Assembly: GCA_038087875.1 (NCBI GenBank) | Contig: CM075988.1 | Coordinates: 20,028,001-20,092,000, forward strand | Length of the DNA: 64,000 bases | Source of the DNA: Malacoraja senta | Taxonomy: Eukaryota | Direction of reading: 5' to 3' | Shown: positions 61,981 through 64,000 of the stretch, piece after piece | Layout of the letters: every line of letters begins with the position of its first letter | Numbering within the stretch: the first letter of the stretch is position 1 | The notes under the pieces: generated by a model | Told to the model about the DNA's origin: nothing | What the model saw: the letters and a program-made list of their open reading frames with translations, nothing else | Database searches by the model: none | Program-made: the position numbers and the translations under genes

Positions 61981-62179
61981 GTATTTGAGGGTGAGAGAGC
62001 CATGACAAAAGATAACAACTTGCTGGGCAAGTTTGAGCTGACTGGAATTCCACCTGCTCCGAGGGGTGTGCCTCAAATTGAGGTGACCTTTGATATTGAT
62101 GCCAATGGTATCCTGAATGTGTCTGCAGTAGACAAGAGCACGGGAAAGGAAAACAAGATCACCATCACAAATGACAAAG
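61981..62179 (+). CDS. HSPA8: HSPA8 exon 7 ([13 protein letters not shown]…ITITNDK)
   Basis: 199 nt, GT-AG boundaries. Confidence 0.96.
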
Positions 62180-62952
62180 GTAAATTGCTATCACTTGGTT
62201 TTCAATGCTTTATTCAAAACTTTCTCTGGCATTAATAGCTTATAAATCTTTCTGAAATCTTTAGACTTGTTATGGCATGGATTTTCAACTTTTGATTAAA
62301 CCTCAGCACTATGGGAAGAGTAGAGATGCATTAAAAATCACTTAATATTTCTTGCTTCTGGGCATTATAAAAATGTTCATTCTTAGCAACCTGCTTAACC
62401 CAGTCTGAACATCCTATCATGTATGACCTTCAATGGTTCCAAATTTGCAATGTCTGACTGAAACTATGAAATCCAAGAATGAGCTACAGTACTCTAGAAC
62501 GGAATTGCTGCTTGTGCAACTGCCATTTTGGAAGGCATAACTTCTTCCATCTCACCTATAGCACTGACATTTTTTTTATATTTGAAGGTTTAAATGCCTT
62601 TTGGAATCTGATATTGCCTCTATCTTCCATAATCCCTTTGATCTGTTATATAAAAACTGTATCAGCAAAAAATATCATTCCGTTCCTTCGGATAATGGCT
62701 TTTCCTCATGGGACATCTCTTTGCTACTTGGTTGATTGCCTTCCACCAGCAAATTTACTGAAAGTGGAGAAAATTAATCTGATATGGTATGGCAGTGTCA
62801 GGGTTTCTGGTGTAATGCAAACTACTTATAAAGGCTACTACTTTGTTGCATAATATTAGTAGAAACATGTAAATTTGGAAGTATTCTCTTTGCCCTTTAT
62901 CAAGTTCCAGTTTTCAAAACAAAAGTGACCACCATTCTGATTAAATTAACAG

Positions 62953-63185
62953 GTCGTTTGAGCAAAGAAGATATAGAACGTATGGTCCAGGAGGCTGAGA
63001 AATACAAATCAGAGGATGAACAACAACGTGACAAAGTTTCATCAAAGAACTCTCTTGAGTCTTATGCTTTCAACATGAAAGCTACTATTGAAGATGAGAA
63101 GCTAAAGGGTAAAATAAGTGATGACGACAAACAGAAGGTTTTGGACAAATGTAATGAAGTTATCTGTTGGTTGGATAAGAACCAG
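62953..63185 (+). CDS. HSPA8: HSPA8 exon 8 ([18 protein letters not shown]…WLDKNQ); the EEVD-bearing last exon is outside the window
   Basis: 233 nt, donor GTAAGT. Confidence 0.95.
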
Positions 63186-63311
63186 GTAAGTTTGTGGGGT
63201 GACTTTAGATCATTGATTGCATATTTTACCAAGCAAGTAATGGGTCAGTTTTACCAACTTGTATTTAAGCATTGTTTGCAGGAGTTTACTCAGTAGATAG
63301 TGTTGTTTTTA

Positions 63312-63832
63312 CTGAGGAAGGACATTATTGCCATAGAGGGAGTGCAGAGAAGGTTCACCAGACTGATTCCTGGGATGTCAGGACTGTCTTATGAAGAAAG
63401 ACTGGATAGACTTGGTTTATACTCTCTAGAATTTAGGAGATTGAGAGGGGATCTTATAGAAACTTACAAAATTCTTAAGGGGTTGGACAGGCTAGATGCA
63501 GGAAGATTGCTCCCGATGTTGGGGAAGTCCAGGACAAGGGGTCACAGCTTAAGGATAAGGGGGAAATCCTTTAAAACCGAGATGAGAAGAACTTTTTTCA
63601 CACAGAGAGTGGTGAATCTCTGGAACTCTCTGCCACAGAGGGTAGTCGAGGCCAGTTCATTGGCTATATTTAAGAGGGAGCTAGATGTGGCCCTTGTGGC
63701 TAAAGGGATCAGAGGGTATGGAGAGAAGGCAGGTACGGGATACTGAGTTGGATGATCAGCCATGATCATATTGAATGGCGGTGCAGGCTCGAAGGGCCGA
63801 ATGGCCTACTCCTGCACCTAATTTCTATGTTT
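63312..63832 (+). mobile_element. CR1 LINE 3' end in HSPA8 intron 8
   Basis: EGVQRRFTRLIPGM…RGYGEKAGTGY* plus 3' UTR and TTCTATGT tail. Confidence 0.85.
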
Positions 63833-64000
63833 TTACCTCTTAAGTGCCAAGACCAATTTGTGGTGCCTATATTAGCTTGTGAGCTTAATTCTGGAACTTC
63901 TGTTCCTAGTTAGTGGAAATGGTGCAGGTTGAAATGGTAAATGAAGAATAAGGAATTTAAGGGTTAGTTGTATCCAGCTACATGTGTTCAAACTAATGTA

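Noticed and set aside
62420..62710. Possible U14/box C-D snoRNA in HSPA8 intron 7 (ATGACC…TGTCTGA; GTTCCTTCGGAT)
   Set aside because: No domain A, no proper box C, and the motifs are in the wrong order and spacing.

Overview
Vertebrate genomic DNA, most likely a cartilaginous fish (skate/ray). This is inferred from the repeat set: V-SINE/HE1-like and Deu-domain SINEs, CR1, L2, Rex1/Babar and Penelope elements. Two host genes lie on the + strand. (1) A complete CRTAM orthologue: 13 manually assembled coding exons at 2360-30370, about 445 aa, with signal peptide, IgV, IgC, an expanded Ser/Thr stalk, TM and a C-terminal ESTV PDZ motif. (2) An HSPA8/HSC70-type gene with an HSE/CCAAT/GC-box promoter near 48.6-48.9 kb and coding exons 2-8 at 50717-63185; its last exon lies beyond the window. 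Between them is a 9.2-kb BEL/Pao LTR retrotransposon (33506-42745, minus strand, ATGAG target-site duplication), the most unusual object here. Its gag carries an in-frame Nopp140/treacle-like low-complexity segment. Its 3' UTR carries a tRNA-Asp copy with an encoded CCA, a duplicated T-arm and a Pol III-type T-run. Its 3' LTR holds nested L2 and Rex1 insertions. Also present: a Tc1 IR/DR transposon, a Harbinger MITE, three non-autonomous Helitrons, Penelope elements with minimal hammerhead-ribozyme cores, and a templated inverted insertion. No intact sense-strand U14 snoRNA was seen in the HSPA8 introns, but intron 5 has an antisense U14-like remnant. All calls were made by eye, without database searches.
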